From contig JBBQZF010000001.1 in the NCBI GenBank assembly GCA_038208015.1, forward strand, positions 770 to 64,769: a stretch of 64,000 nt of DNA. Reading direction: 5' to 3'. The translations under genes were made by a program, and so were the position numbers. This DNA is from Gemmatimonadales bacterium. GTDB lineage: Bacteria > Gemmatimonadota > Gemmatimonadetes > Gemmatimonadales > Gemmatimonadaceae. This document shows, piece by piece, positions 19,094 to 28,769 of the stretch; the stretch's first letter is position 1, and each line of letters begins with the position of its first letter. Below the pieces are notes generated by a model. It was not told the origin of the DNA, made no database searches, and saw nothing but the letters and a program-made list of their open reading frames with translations.

Positions 19094-20059
19094 TCAGGCT
19101 CCGGGTTGCATATGTGCCTTGTTTGCTGCCCAATAAGCCCCGAGTGCGAGCGTCGCCACGAATGCCGTGGCCCAAAGCGGACCTGCAAGGAGCGCAATCA
19201 CGGCAAACTGAAGCGAGTAGGATAAGAGGATCAGCACCAGCGAGTAGATAATTGTGAGCATCGCCGGGTCATCGGGATTTCTGCTTCTCCCGACGGCGAT
19301 GTCACGGGCGACGTTTATGAGATAGCGATGGGTAAGCTCACCCCACGCGGCGAGAGGCGAGGTGAGCTGGCGTATTACCCCCTTTCTTCTTACAACCTCC
19401 CTGTCAGGCGACGGGCTTGGCCTCTTGAGTGATACTGCACGCAACCGCTCGGTGATCATGACAGTGAGTGACTCGACCGTGACGGTGCCGGCTTCGCTCA
19501 GCAGCAGCGGCTCACCAATCTCCGCAAGAATCGCTGTTCCAGGGTTTCCCTTATCCTCGAAGTTGATGCCAAGCGGGATGATCTGAATACCGGAAAGTGC
19601 GCGACTGGCCTGTGCCTCCAGTGCAATGCGGGCAACGCCGGTTTTCAGCGGGGCAAGTTCCGGCTCGCTGTGACTCCGGCCTTCCGGAAAGATCAGTATC
19701 ATCCCGCCCTGTTCGAGAACATCGAGAAGCTTCACAAACGAGCTCGCGTTTCTCGAAGGATCGAGGGAATCCTTTCCTGCCTTTTTTTCATCAGCCGCCC
19801 GCCGAAGTGGAACAACGCCGACAAGGGAAAGCAGCCAGGCAAGGAACGCATTCTCCATCAACGTCGCCTTTGCCGTAAGCCTGAGCGGCCTCGGAGAGAT
19901 CCAAACGGCTATCAGCGCATCGACGAGTGCGTTGTGATGACTCGCCGCGAGAAGCACCGGGCCGCGTTGTGGAATGCGGTCACGCCCCGTTATCTGAATG
20001 CTCGAATAGAACCAGTGAAGCGCGATCCCCGTCATCCAGCGGAACACCGAATAGATCAT
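19094..20059 (-). CDS. lysophospholipid (1-acyl-sn-glycerol-3-phosphate) acyltransferase family protein
   Basis: 321 aa. HHNALVD (HX4D) and FPEGRSH acyltransferase motifs. C-terminal TM segments. Confidence 0.75.
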   Translation of the reverse strand: MIYSVFRWMTGIALHWFYSSIQITGRDRIPQRGPVLLAASHHNALVDALIAVWISPRPLRLTAKATLMENAFLAWLLSLVGVVPLRRAADEKKAGKDSLDPSRNASSFVKLLDVLEQGGMILIFPEGRSHSEPELAPLKTGVARIALEAQASRALSGIQIIPLGINFEDKGNPGTAILAEIGEPLLLSEAGTVTVESLTVMITERLRAVSLKRPSPSPDREVVRRKGVIRQLTSPLAAWGELTHRYLINVARDIAVGRSRNPDDPAMLTIIYSLVLILLSYSLQFAVIALLAGPLWATAFVATLALGAYWAANKAHMQPGA

Positions 20060-20135
20060 GCGCAGTTTGGTGAAACTGGAAGTAGTAGGCCTCGACGCTC
20101 GACGGCAGGCATCGAGTGGCTACAAATTACATCGC

Positions 20136-21059
20136 ATGACCTCATTGCGCGTCCTCACCTGTCTTGCAGCCTCGATCGTTCTCGTTTCAGCATGCAGGGA
20201 CGAGCGACAATTGCCCGTCGACTCCGTAGCAACAGCAGATTCGCTTCAAACTACCGCCAACCCGATTCAGCCAAGCACGGGATGGGACAACTCAACCGCG
20301 GGCCCGGTGATGCTTCTGTCGGTTGCCGAGAATAGCGCGGTAGCTTTTGTTGTTTTCCCGGCGTTGACGGACAGCACACTCGGTGAAGCTTCCGCTATGC
20401 CACTCGACTTATTGATCGATGTCCCCGTGGAGCTCTTCAGCCGGAAAGGTCTTGCGGGTGCCACGTCGGTAGCTGGCCGAGGGCCGGAACAGACAGTCGA
20501 GGGGTGCTTGTCATGGCCGCAAGCCAGGCTCTCAGACGCGGTTACCGAACCGTGGAGGGTTGGTTTCGTCAGGGGTGTTGTGGCTCCCCTGCCCCTTGAC
20601 TCGATCGAAGCGATGAGTGGTCCCGACTCAGCTGCAGTCACCCGCGATATCGCGAGGCTATCATCTGCTGCAGAAGACGACGATCCCGCATTTCGCGGCC
20701 TTCCATTCATCGTTCGACGGGCCTATCGATTCACGCACGGAACCACGACAGTGCTTGCGGCAGAAGTCGTGAGGAAGATCAGCGAGGAAGCCAATCCGCG
20801 CGAAGAGCGCATTCTTCTCTTAGCCGAACGCCCGGCCTCCACGACAGGGGGATATGTCACGGCGTTCGTGAGCAGAACCTCGGGATCCGAAGACGCAGTC
20901 CGCACAAATGAGATCATCGGGGCGTTCCGGTTTGTAAAGGGCGGGATTCCAGCCTTGGTTGTTGCGCACGACTACTTCCACGGTGGTCGTGTGGCACTGC
21001 TTCAAAAAGAAGGCACGCGCTGGAGAATCACATGGCGGAGCGCGTACGCAGGATGTTGA
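20136..21059 (+). CDS. hypothetical lipoprotein
   Basis: The track ORF starts at 20058, overlapping the divergent start at 20059. ATG 20136 gives MTSLRVLTCLAASIVLVSAC, a signal peptide plus lipobox. Confidence 0.55.
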   Translation: MTSLRVLTCLAASIVLVSACRDERQLPVDSVATADSLQTTANPIQPSTGWDNSTAGPVMLLSVAENSAVAFVVFPALTDSTLGEASAMPLDLLIDVPVELFSRKGLAGATSVAGRGPEQTVEGCLSWPQARLSDAVTEPWRVGFVRGVVAPLPLDSIEAMSGPDSAAVTRDIARLSSAAEDDDPAFRGLPFIVRRAYRFTHGTTTVLAAEVVRKISEEANPREERILLLAERPASTTGGYVTAFVSRTSGSEDAVRTNEIIGAFRFVKGGIPALVVAHDYFHGGRVALLQKEGTRWRITWRSAYAGC

Positions 21060-21066
21060 TCCGGCT

Positions 21067-21981
21067 TCAGTGCTGATCCTGCCAGCGGCCGAGGTTCGCA
21101 GGAGCAGCTGACCGGCCGGCTATTCCGGCAAGCCCGAGCAGTGTCAGGACATATGGAAGCGCCAGAAATGCCTGATAGGGCAACGCCCAGCCCATTGCCT
21201 GAAAGAGATACTGAAGCGCGCTCGCTGCACCGAACACAAGCGCCGCCACAGCCGCGCCGAGTGGATGCCAGCGTCCAAGCACGACAATGGCGATTGCTAT
21301 GAATCCCCGGCCTGCTGACATGCCTTCGGCGAATGAGCCGGCCTGAGCGATTACCAGCACGCCACCAGCGATACCCCCAAGAAAGCCGCCAAACAGGACA
21401 GCGAGATACTGAAATCGCGCAGCGGGAATTCCTGCTGCAATTGCTGCGCGCGGGTCTTCACCGATTGCACGAAGGCCAAGGCCCGCATTGGTCCTGTACA
21501 TCCACCACCATACCGCGGGCACAAGAGCATAGAGCAGGTAGGCAACAGGCGGCTGTGCGAACAAGGCCCTGCCAACTATCGGAATCGACGACAACACCGG
21601 AACCTCGGTGACCCCCATTGTTGGAATGCTGAGTGCCGCCCCCTCGGATCCGTATATCTGGCGGTAGAGTGTCGCGGTGATGCCAAGCGCCAGGAGACTT
21701 ATCGCTGTTCCGGTAATTATCTGATCGGCGCGAATGCGAATCGCGAACAGGCCGAACAGTGCGGAGATGGCTGTTCCCGCGAGGCCGGCTCCGAGGAATC
21801 CAAGCCACACACTTCCCGTCCCTGCCGCCATGAATCCGCCGAACGCGCCGGCAATGATGGCCCCCTCGAGTCCGATGTTGATTACGCCCGAACGTTCAGC
21901 GACAGTCTCGCCAAGTGCCGCGAATGCGAGTGGCGTGGCAGTTCGGACGGTTCCCTCGAGAAAAGGCTCGAGCATGCTCAT
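21067..21981 (-). CDS. ABC transporter permease (BMP/nucleoside-type importer)
   Basis: 304 aa, polytopic, glycine/alanine-rich TMs. Operon with the ATPase and the BMP binding protein. Confidence 0.85.
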   Translation of the reverse strand: MSMLEPFLEGTVRTATPLAFAALGETVAERSGVINIGLEGAIIAGAFGGFMAAGTGSVWLGFLGAGLAGTAISALFGLFAIRIRADQIITGTAISLLALGITATLYRQIYGSEGAALSIPTMGVTEVPVLSSIPIVGRALFAQPPVAYLLYALVPAVWWWMYRTNAGLGLRAIGEDPRAAIAAGIPAARFQYLAVLFGGFLGGIAGGVLVIAQAGSFAEGMSAGRGFIAIAIVVLGRWHPLGAAVAALVFGAASALQYLFQAMGWALPYQAFLALPYVLTLLGLAGIAGRSAAPANLGRWQDQH

Positions 21982-22925
21982 GTGGCGGCCTTGCGGGGAA
22001 GGCCGGGCAGGCTACGGCCACGATAGGCAGCAACTGACAGGACAGCGAGGATCAGCGCAGCCTCGGCGACAGACGCGAGCGACGAGGGAATGGCAAACTC
22101 CCGCTGCATTGCGGTCGCGCCTGTCTCCAGGGCGCCGAAGAATATTCCTGACGCGATGACAGCCGCCGGATTCAATGCGGCAATGAGAGCCACCGCGATC
22201 GCAGTGTATCCGTGACCCGGGGAGAGGTTTTCATAAAGCGCGAAAGTCACGCCCGATACTTCGATGCTTCCGGCAAGCCCTGCCAGTGCCCCACTGAGCA
22301 CGAAAACCATGAAAGAGGATCTTTCGACATCGATCGCCCCGGCGCTCCAGGCTGTGCGCGGCGAGCTCCCGATCGCCTTGACCCTGAAACCCCAGGCGGT
22401 GTTTCTCATTACCCAGGCAAGTGTTAGCGCGATGAGAACTGCGGCAACAAAGCCAAGGTGAAGCCGCGTTCCGGGAAGAACGACAGGAAGCCTGGCTGCC
22501 AGCGCGAACGTTTCTGTCTGCGGATAGATCCGTGTCGGCTCCTGCAGGGGACCGCGAACCAGATATGACACGAGATGTATCGCAACGAAATTGAGCATGA
22601 TGGTGCTGATGATCTCCAGCACGTGAAAGCGTCTCTTGAGTTCTGCGGCAATTGCTGCCCAGAGAGCTCCGGCTGCAGCTCCGGCCATCGCTGCGGCGAG
22701 GACGACAAGCGGGCCGGGCAGATTGCTCAGTGCGAGTGTGACTGCGGTCGAGGCTGCGGCGCCGGCGAGCAGCTGTCCTTCGGCTCCGATGTTGAACACA
22801 CCGCCCCTGAACGCAAGTGCTACAGCAAGGCCCGCGAGAATCAGGGGTGTTGCTCTTACGAGCATGTCCGCAACAAGGATCAGCTCAGGCACCGGCTTCA
22901 AGAAGAAGGCGTCCGATCGATTCAC
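21978..22925 (-). CDS. ABC transporter permease (BMP/nucleoside-type importer)
   Basis: 315 aa, polytopic. 4-nt overlap with the downstream permease. Confidence 0.85.
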   Translation of the reverse strand: MNRSDAFFLKPVPELILVADMLVRATPLILAGLAVALAFRGGVFNIGAEGQLLAGAAASTAVTLALSNLPGPLVVLAAAMAGAAAGALWAAIAAELKRRFHVLEIISTIMLNFVAIHLVSYLVRGPLQEPTRIYPQTETFALAARLPVVLPGTRLHLGFVAAVLIALTLAWVMRNTAWGFRVKAIGSSPRTAWSAGAIDVERSSFMVFVLSGALAGLAGSIEVSGVTFALYENLSPGHGYTAIAVALIAALNPAAVIASGIFFGALETGATAMQREFAIPSSLASVAEAALILAVLSVAAYRGRSLPGLPRKAAT

Positions 22926-24309
22926 GCTCTGGCGGGCTGAACTTTGCGCCTGAGCTGCTGATCACCATTACACGATCGGAGATCTCGACGAGCTCGTCGA
23001 GGTCACTGGAATAGAAAACGATTGCCGTTCCGCGGGCCGCAGCGTCCCGGACACGCGCGTGCACAGAAGCGGCGGCATTCACATCGAGCCCCTGGGTTGG
23101 GTTTTCCAGAACGAGAAGCGGCGGATCGTCATGGAGCTCGCGTCCCAGCACGAAGCGCTGCTGGTTTCCACCGGAAAGGCTGGATGCCGGCACGTCGGCA
23201 CCGGCGGCAATCACGTCGAAATCCTGAATGACGCTTGTTGCACCGGCGCGCATTGCCGGCCAGTCGACTACCCCCTTTCTGGAGCCGGCGGCTTTCAGGG
23301 CGAAGTTTTCAGTAAGGCTGAATGTGGGAACCAATGCTTCATCGGCTCGATTCTCCGGCACGAACCCGATATGAGACGGTACCGAAATACTTCCGGCGGC
23401 GGGTCTGATTCTTTGAGCCAGCATTCGAAGGACAGTTGCGGCGCCACTGTCGAGCGCAGCCACACCGAGCACCTCTCCCGCGAGAAGCTCGAAGCTGAAC
23501 GGCTCCTGATCGTGTTTCCCGGATGTAGCACCGTTGAATGTGGCTACGACCTCCCGGCGGATTGGCGTGGCCCCGGGAGTGCGACTTGTCACCGGAGGCG
23601 CCGAGCCGAGCATTGCGGATGTCAGAGAATTCCTGTCAACGTCGGACATGACGGCGTTCAGCACGTGCCGCCCCCGTCTCAGCACCGTCACCTCATCGGC
23701 GTGCGCCAGTGCATCGTGAAGCTTGTGCGTTATGAGCACGATGCATCCTCCACCGGCGGCAAACGCCCTGAGCTGAGTGAAGAGCTCGCTTGTGTCCTGT
23801 GAAGTGAGCACGGCGGTCGGCTCGTCGAGGATGAGGATGTCTGCGTCATGCGCGAGGATGCGGATGATCTCGAGTTTCTGTCTCTCCGCGCTTCCCAGGT
23901 CCATGACCCGTCGCAGCGGGTCTATCGTGAGCCCGGTTCTTCTGCCAACATCGGCGATCCGCCTTGCCACGATGTCGGGGCGGAATCGGCCGCGACCGCC
24001 AAGAGCCACGTTCTCAGCTACCGTCATCTGCGGTACGAGCGAGAACTGCTGGTGAACCATGCCGACGCCAGCTGCTATGGCGTCGGCTGGGGAACGCGGG
24101 TCCATGGCGATGCCGTTTACGGCGATGCTTCCGGAATCACGCTGGAGCATGCCGAACGCGATCCGCATGAGCGTAGTCTTGCCTGCGCCATTCTCTCCGA
24201 GGAGGGCGTGAATGGAACCACGCCTGGCTGAGAAGGAAACATCATCGAGCGCGTCGACCGACCCGAACCGTTTTGAGATTCCGCGCAGATCGAGAGCGAC
24301 TTCACTCAT
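22885..24309 (-). CDS. ABC transporter ATP-binding protein (duplicated NBD)
   Basis: 474 aa. Walker A GENGAGKTT, signature SAERQKLEI / LSGGNQQR and Walker B ILILDEPT in the first half. The second NBD is degenerate. Confidence 0.9.
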   Translation of the reverse strand: MSEVALDLRGISKRFGSVDALDDVSFSARRGSIHALLGENGAGKTTLMRIAFGMLQRDSGSIAVNGIAMDPRSPADAIAAGVGMVHQQFSLVPQMTVAENVALGGRGRFRPDIVARRIADVGRRTGLTIDPLRRVMDLGSAERQKLEIIRILAHDADILILDEPTAVLTSQDTSELFTQLRAFAAGGGCIVLITHKLHDALAHADEVTVLRRGRHVLNAVMSDVDRNSLTSAMLGSAPPVTSRTPGATPIRREVVATFNGATSGKHDQEPFSFELLAGEVLGVAALDSGAATVLRMLAQRIRPAAGSISVPSHIGFVPENRADEALVPTFSLTENFALKAAGSRKGVVDWPAMRAGATSVIQDFDVIAAGADVPASSLSGGNQQRFVLGRELHDDPPLLVLENPTQGLDVNAAASVHARVRDAAARGTAIVFYSSDLDELVEISDRVMVISSSGAKFSPPERESIGRLLLEAGA

Positions 24310-24335
24310 CTAATAAAAGCCACTATGGTACTAAG

Positions 24336-25109
24336 TTACAGGCCAGTAGGTGCATGGATCATCGTCCAGTCCAGCCCGAAGCGTTCCGCGAGGTGCTGCG
24401 CCAGGGCGCTCACGCCGAGGGTCTCCGTAGCGTAATGGCCTGCGTAGATGATGGTGATGCCGAGCTCCAGCGCATCCACTGCGGTCCAGTGAGGGCCTTC
24501 GCCAACGATCAACGTGTCGATCCCGGTCGCGACTGCTTCCTGGAGAGTTTCTGCCGAAGCACCGCTTCCCGTGCAGATGGCCCACCTCAGCGTTCGCCGC
24601 TCGCCGTCGAAAGGGGTTGCTACAACACTTCCGCCATGCATCCCTGCAAAAGCGCCGGCCCTCGCAACGAGATCAGCTGTACCGACATCGGATTCCCCCC
24701 GCACGCCGATTGACCTCCCCTTGTAGCTCGCGAACTCTCCCGACGGTGTTATCCCAAGCTCCTCTGATAGTAGCACATTGTTACCAAATTCTGGATGCCT
24801 GTCGAGCGGAAGATGCGTGGAGTAGACGGCCACGTCGTTTTGCAGAAGCTTCCTGATGCTGTCGTAAAAAGGTCCTGTCAGTGGCCTCGCGCCCGGCCAG
24901 AACATTCCATGATGAACGAGCAGGAAGTCAGCAGTCGCATCGATCGCCGCCTGTGTCGCCTTTCCCGAGAAATCGACGCACGCAGCAACCCTTGTGATCC
25001 TCCCGCTGTTCTGCACCTGGAGTCCGTTCAGCGCGTTCGGGTAATCAGGGACTGAGTCGGTCTCGAGGATGTCATCGAGATACCGCACCACCTCTGCCGT
25101 CGTAGTCAC
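24336..25109 (-). CDS. Nif3-like dinuclear metal centre protein
   Basis: 257 aa. LLVHHGMFW and a C-terminal GHYATE motif, typical of the NIF3/YbgI family. Confidence 0.85.
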   Translation of the reverse strand: MTTTAEVVRYLDDILETDSVPDYPNALNGLQVQNSGRITRVAACVDFSGKATQAAIDATADFLLVHHGMFWPGARPLTGPFYDSIRKLLQNDVAVYSTHLPLDRHPEFGNNVLLSEELGITPSGEFASYKGRSIGVRGESDVGTADLVARAGAFAGMHGGSVVATPFDGERRTLRWAICTGSGASAETLQEAVATGIDTLIVGEGPHWTAVDALELGITIIYAGHYATETLGVSALAQHLAERFGLDWTMIHAPTGL

Positions 25110-26152
25110 CGGCCTGATTCCACGCGCATTGAATCCGGGAGAAGGCCAGTAAAGGTCCCGTCCATCATCTGCCGGGCTGCCGAGTCGACGGCTGCCATCA
25201 CGCTCGAGGGAATCTTCGACGCAAGCGCCGGGTTCGGCACGAACGTCACGACATCATCATCGAGACCGAGGCTGAAGACTCGTCCTGAAAAGCCCCCTGC
25301 CTGCACCTCTCGCGCGATCAGGAGAAACGCCTTCGGCAGATCTATCACAACGCTTCCTATCGTTGACTCGGGAACAATGTCGTTCTGGTTCGAGTTCGAT
25401 CCGATTGCAAGGACCCCCCTTGCCTCCTTCACCGCCTGGAAAACGCCCAGCCCTGCAGCATCAGCGTTCTGGAAAATCACATCCGCACCCCGGCTTATCT
25501 GAGCGATAGCCTGCTCCTTGCCGGCGCTCACGTCGTCCCAGTTTCCGATATATGAAAGGAGAAATCGTGCTCGCGGATTGGTTCTTCTCGCTCCTTGCTC
25601 AAACGCGGCAAAACTCCTTTTCACAGGAGGCAGCTCCGTTCCTCCGATGATTCCGATAACGTTCGAGGTGGTCATGGTTCCAGCCACCATGCCGGCCAGA
25701 TATGACGATTCTTCGAACGCGAACTCCGCTCCTCCAACATTGGAGGCCACGCTGGTTCCTGAAGTCGTTATGTAAACGGTGTGGGGATAGCTCGGGGCAA
25801 CGCGGAGTGCAGCATCCTGGAACTCGAATCCATGGCCGAATACGAGATCGAACCCCTTTGCGCCGTATTGCCTGAAGTTCTCGTCGAACTCTGCAGGAGT
25901 GCGAGTCTGAATGTGAGATACGCTTGCGCCCATGCTGTCGCGAATGGCCATTAAACCGGCATACGCGCCTGCATTCCATGATTTGTCGGAGATGGGTCCC
26001 GGAGTCAGCAAGGCGACCCGGAACGACTCTGCGCCAGAGTCAGCTTCGCCGCCTCTCGAGCAAGCCGAGATAGCCAAGGCCGCGCAGACAACTGTTGAGA
26101 ACCGGCGGAACCGCGTCATATTCGAGAGCTTTAAGTTATTGTAAGCCAACAA
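25106..26152 (-). CDS. BMP-family ABC transporter substrate-binding lipoprotein
   Basis: 348 aa. Signal peptide plus lipobox ALAISAC. Bmp/Med-like sequence (LTPGPISDKSWNAGAYAG...). Confidence 0.88.
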   Translation of the reverse strand: MLAYNNLKLSNMTRFRRFSTVVCAALAISACSRGGEADSGAESFRVALLTPGPISDKSWNAGAYAGLMAIRDSMGASVSHIQTRTPAEFDENFRQYGAKGFDLVFGHGFEFQDAALRVAPSYPHTVYITTSGTSVASNVGGAEFAFEESSYLAGMVAGTMTTSNVIGIIGGTELPPVKRSFAAFEQGARRTNPRARFLLSYIGNWDDVSAGKEQAIAQISRGADVIFQNADAAGLGVFQAVKEARGVLAIGSNSNQNDIVPESTIGSVVIDLPKAFLLIAREVQAGGFSGRVFSLGLDDDVVTFVPNPALASKIPSSVMAAVDSAARQMMDGTFTGLLPDSMRVESGR

Positions 26153-26170
26153 GATAGCTCGTTGTTAAGG

Positions 26171-27079
26171 TCACTGTCGAACATCGGGTACCCCCATTGT
26201 TTCGATGAGACGCTCGAGATCCTCCGCAGAATAAAACCCCATCACCACAGATCCGCGGTTTCCTGCCTTGAGCGTTACTGAAACATCAGTCTGAAGGTGC
26301 TTGCGAAGTCGCTCCTCGATACTGCGGACATCGGCAGACCGGTTGTCCTCTTTCTTCGGGCGGCCCCGCTTGACCAGCCCCGGCGCGACGGGAACCTCCC
26401 TCACCCTGCGCTCTACTTCGCGAGCACTCCAGCCGTGTTCAGCGATTTCCCTAGCGAGCCCGATGGCTCGCTTTTCATCGTCCATGCCGATGAGCGGGCG
26501 TGCCTGTCCAGCTGTCAGGCGCCCGTCCTGAACCATTTCCCTGATCGGAGCCGGCAGGTTCAGAATCCGTATCACGTTCGCTACGGTCGACCTATCCTTT
26601 CCCACCATGTCGGCAACGGTCTGCTGCGTGTACTCGAACTCGCGAATGAGCCTGTGGTATCCCTCCGCTTCTTCGACTGGGTTCAGGTCAAACCGCTGAA
26701 GGTTCTCAACGAGCGCCAGGGTGAGAATCTCACGATCCGGCATGTCCTTGACGACGGCGGAGATAGTCGCCCATCCGAGATTTGTGGCCGCCCGCAGGCG
26801 GCGTTCCCCAGCAACGAGCTCGTAGCCGCTCCCGCTCTTCGCCGGCCTGACAGTCACCGGCTGAAGCAACCCACTCGCCTTCAGGCTCTCCTCAAGCTCG
26901 AGAAGCTCGGCAGAACTGAAATTTTTTCGAGGCTGGAAAGGGTTCGGGGATATTTCTCCAACCGGAATGTCTCTCAGCGCACTTTCGGCTGGGATCCGCG
27001 AGGCAGAGGCTGAAGTTGGCGCATTGAACAGGGCGTCGAGGCCGCGTCCCAAGCGCCGGCTTGATTTCTCAGGAGGCAT
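26171..27079 (-). CDS. parB: chromosome partitioning protein ParB
   Basis: 302 aa. ParB box LLQPVTVRP...YELVAGERRLRA and HTH QQTVADMVGKDRSTVANVIRIL. Confidence 0.95.
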   Translation of the reverse strand: MPPEKSSRRLGRGLDALFNAPTSASASRIPAESALRDIPVGEISPNPFQPRKNFSSAELLELEESLKASGLLQPVTVRPAKSGSGYELVAGERRLRAATNLGWATISAVVKDMPDREILTLALVENLQRFDLNPVEEAEGYHRLIREFEYTQQTVADMVGKDRSTVANVIRILNLPAPIREMVQDGRLTAGQARPLIGMDDEKRAIGLAREIAEHGWSAREVERRVREVPVAPGLVKRGRPKKEDNRSADVRSIEERLRKHLQTDVSVTLKAGNRGSVVMGFYSAEDLERLIETMGVPDVRQ

Positions 27080-27863
27080 TCGTCACATCCTCGGAAGTAC
27101 GCATGATCAACTCTCTGGCGACGTTCATATATGCTTTCGCTCCCACCGATCCGATGTCGTAGAGTATGATCGGCTTTCCAAAGCTCGGCGCTTCAGCGAG
27201 CCTGACATTACGTGGTACCACAGCTTCGAAGACGGTTTCTCCGAAGTACTCCCTGGCGTCAGCGGCAACCTGCCGGGAAAGATTGAGGCGTGCATCGTAC
27301 ATCGTCAGAAGAACCCCTGTGATTGAAAGCGATTCATTGACGCCATGCTGAATCCGGTGGACAGTGTTCAGGAGCTGTGACAATCCCTCGAGCGCGTAGT
27401 ATTCACACTGGAGAGGAATAAGCACCGCGTCCGAAGCACCAAGCATGTTGAGAGTGATGAGGCCAAGGGAAGGCGGACAGTCGATGAGGATGAAGTCATA
27501 GTCGTTCCTGACTGGTTCGATCGCGCGCCGCATTGCCGTTGCGCGATCTTCCTTGTCGATCAACTCAACCTCAGCTCCCGCGAGATCCGATGTAGCCGGA
27601 ACCACATCGAGCTGCTCGAAGTGAACTCCTTTGAGAATCACCGACGTGATCGGGAGCTCGCCGATCAGGACATCGTAAAGGGTTGCCTCGAGATCCGCCC
27701 TTTGAATTCCGATGCCGCTCGTCGCGTTGCCCTGCGGATCTCCATCTATTAGAAGCGTGCGCTGTTCGGCCGCAGCCAGACTGGCAGCAAGATTTACGGC
27801 TGTCGTAGTCTTACCAACGCCGCCTTTCTGGTTTGCAACTGCAATGACGCGACCCACGGGCAA
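27069..27863 (-). CDS. parA: chromosome partitioning ATPase ParA/Soj
   Basis: 264 aa. Deviant Walker A NQKGGVGKTT. 11-nt overlap with parB. Confidence 0.95.
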   Translation of the reverse strand: MPVGRVIAVANQKGGVGKTTTAVNLAASLAAAEQRTLLIDGDPQGNATSGIGIQRADLEATLYDVLIGELPITSVILKGVHFEQLDVVPATSDLAGAEVELIDKEDRATAMRRAIEPVRNDYDFILIDCPPSLGLITLNMLGASDAVLIPLQCEYYALEGLSQLLNTVHRIQHGVNESLSITGVLLTMYDARLNLSRQVAADAREYFGETVFEAVVPRNVRLAEAPSFGKPIILYDIGSVGAKAYMNVARELIMRTSEDVTNAS

Positions 27864-27928
27864 CCGTTCTTATGGAGGGAACGGGGAATGTACTGGCCAG
27901 CGACAGCGTCGGGGAGAGGCACCCAGAG

Positions 27929-27944
27929 TGTTTCACGTGAAAAA
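27929..27944. other. parS centromere-like site
   Basis: TGTTTCACGTGAAAAA matches 15 of 16 positions of TGTTNCACGTGAAACA. It lies 65 nt upstream of the parA start codon. Confidence 0.8.
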
Positions 27945-27976
27945 TCCCCTCCCCGACCCCACTGGCCCGACCCTTT

Positions 27977-28693
27977 CTACTGACCGCCCCCGGCAATGAA
28001 GCTCCAGCGGGTGCTTACGTTAACCGAGAGAGTCTGGTTGCCAGGCTCGATTGGCGTATCAGCCATGCGTGCACCGGTGACTTGAATTGCATATTCATTT
28101 GGACGAGGTGGCGGGAAATAAGCCCCGATGCTCACCTCGAGGAGTCCGCCAATTGTGCCGCCCGCCGCTCGAGCTGCTGCATCGGCGTCAAGGCGAGCTC
28201 TCTGGATCGCAGTCGCGATCGCCTCCCGGCGGGCGGCCTCCGTATTGGACGCGTAGAAGTTGAGCGAGGTTATCATGTTCGCTCCACGCGCTATCGAAGT
28301 GTCTATGATTCGCCCGACCATGTTCAAGTCGGTGACCTCGACGGAAATTGTGTTCGTCACATTGTACCCGATTACGACAGGCTCGCGATTCGGCTCGTAC
28401 CGCTGCTCGGGCATCACATTGTAGCCGACAGTCGAGATCTGGTTCGCATTGAGCCCCAAGGCACGAAGCGCATCGATGACAGCTTTTTGGCGGCTGGCGT
28501 TCTCGGTGGCCGCAGCAGCCGCAGTGGCCGCCCGGGTCTGTACGCTTATCTGGATGTTCGCCCGATCAGGAGTAACCTTCACCTCACCCCTTGACCCGAC
28601 GGAAATCTGTGGAAATGGCGCATTAGTGGCGCCTTGCTGCGCGCTTAATGGCGCGACGACTGCGAAAGATGCTGCTATAATCAATCTTTTCAT
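27977..28693 (-). CDS. SIMPL (DUF541) domain periplasmic protein
   Basis: The likely start gives MKRLIIAASFAVVAPLSAQQ (signal peptide). The body resembles the 26-kDa periplasmic immunogenic protein family. The track ORF extends to 28756. Confidence 0.75.
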   Translation of the reverse strand: MKRLIIAASFAVVAPLSAQQGATNAPFPQISVGSRGEVKVTPDRANIQISVQTRAATAAAAATENASRQKAVIDALRALGLNANQISTVGYNVMPEQRYEPNREPVVIGYNVTNTISVEVTDLNMVGRIIDTSIARGANMITSLNFYASNTEAARREAIATAIQRARLDADAAARAAGGTIGGLLEVSIGAYFPPPRPNEYAIQVTGARMADTPIEPGNQTLSVNVSTRWSFIAGGGQ

Positions 28694-28769
28694 GTTTCTC
28701 TCTGTAGAAGGATGTTCGCTCTGCCTGTAAGACGTCAGCCGCTTCCCGACTTGCACAACAGGAACGACC

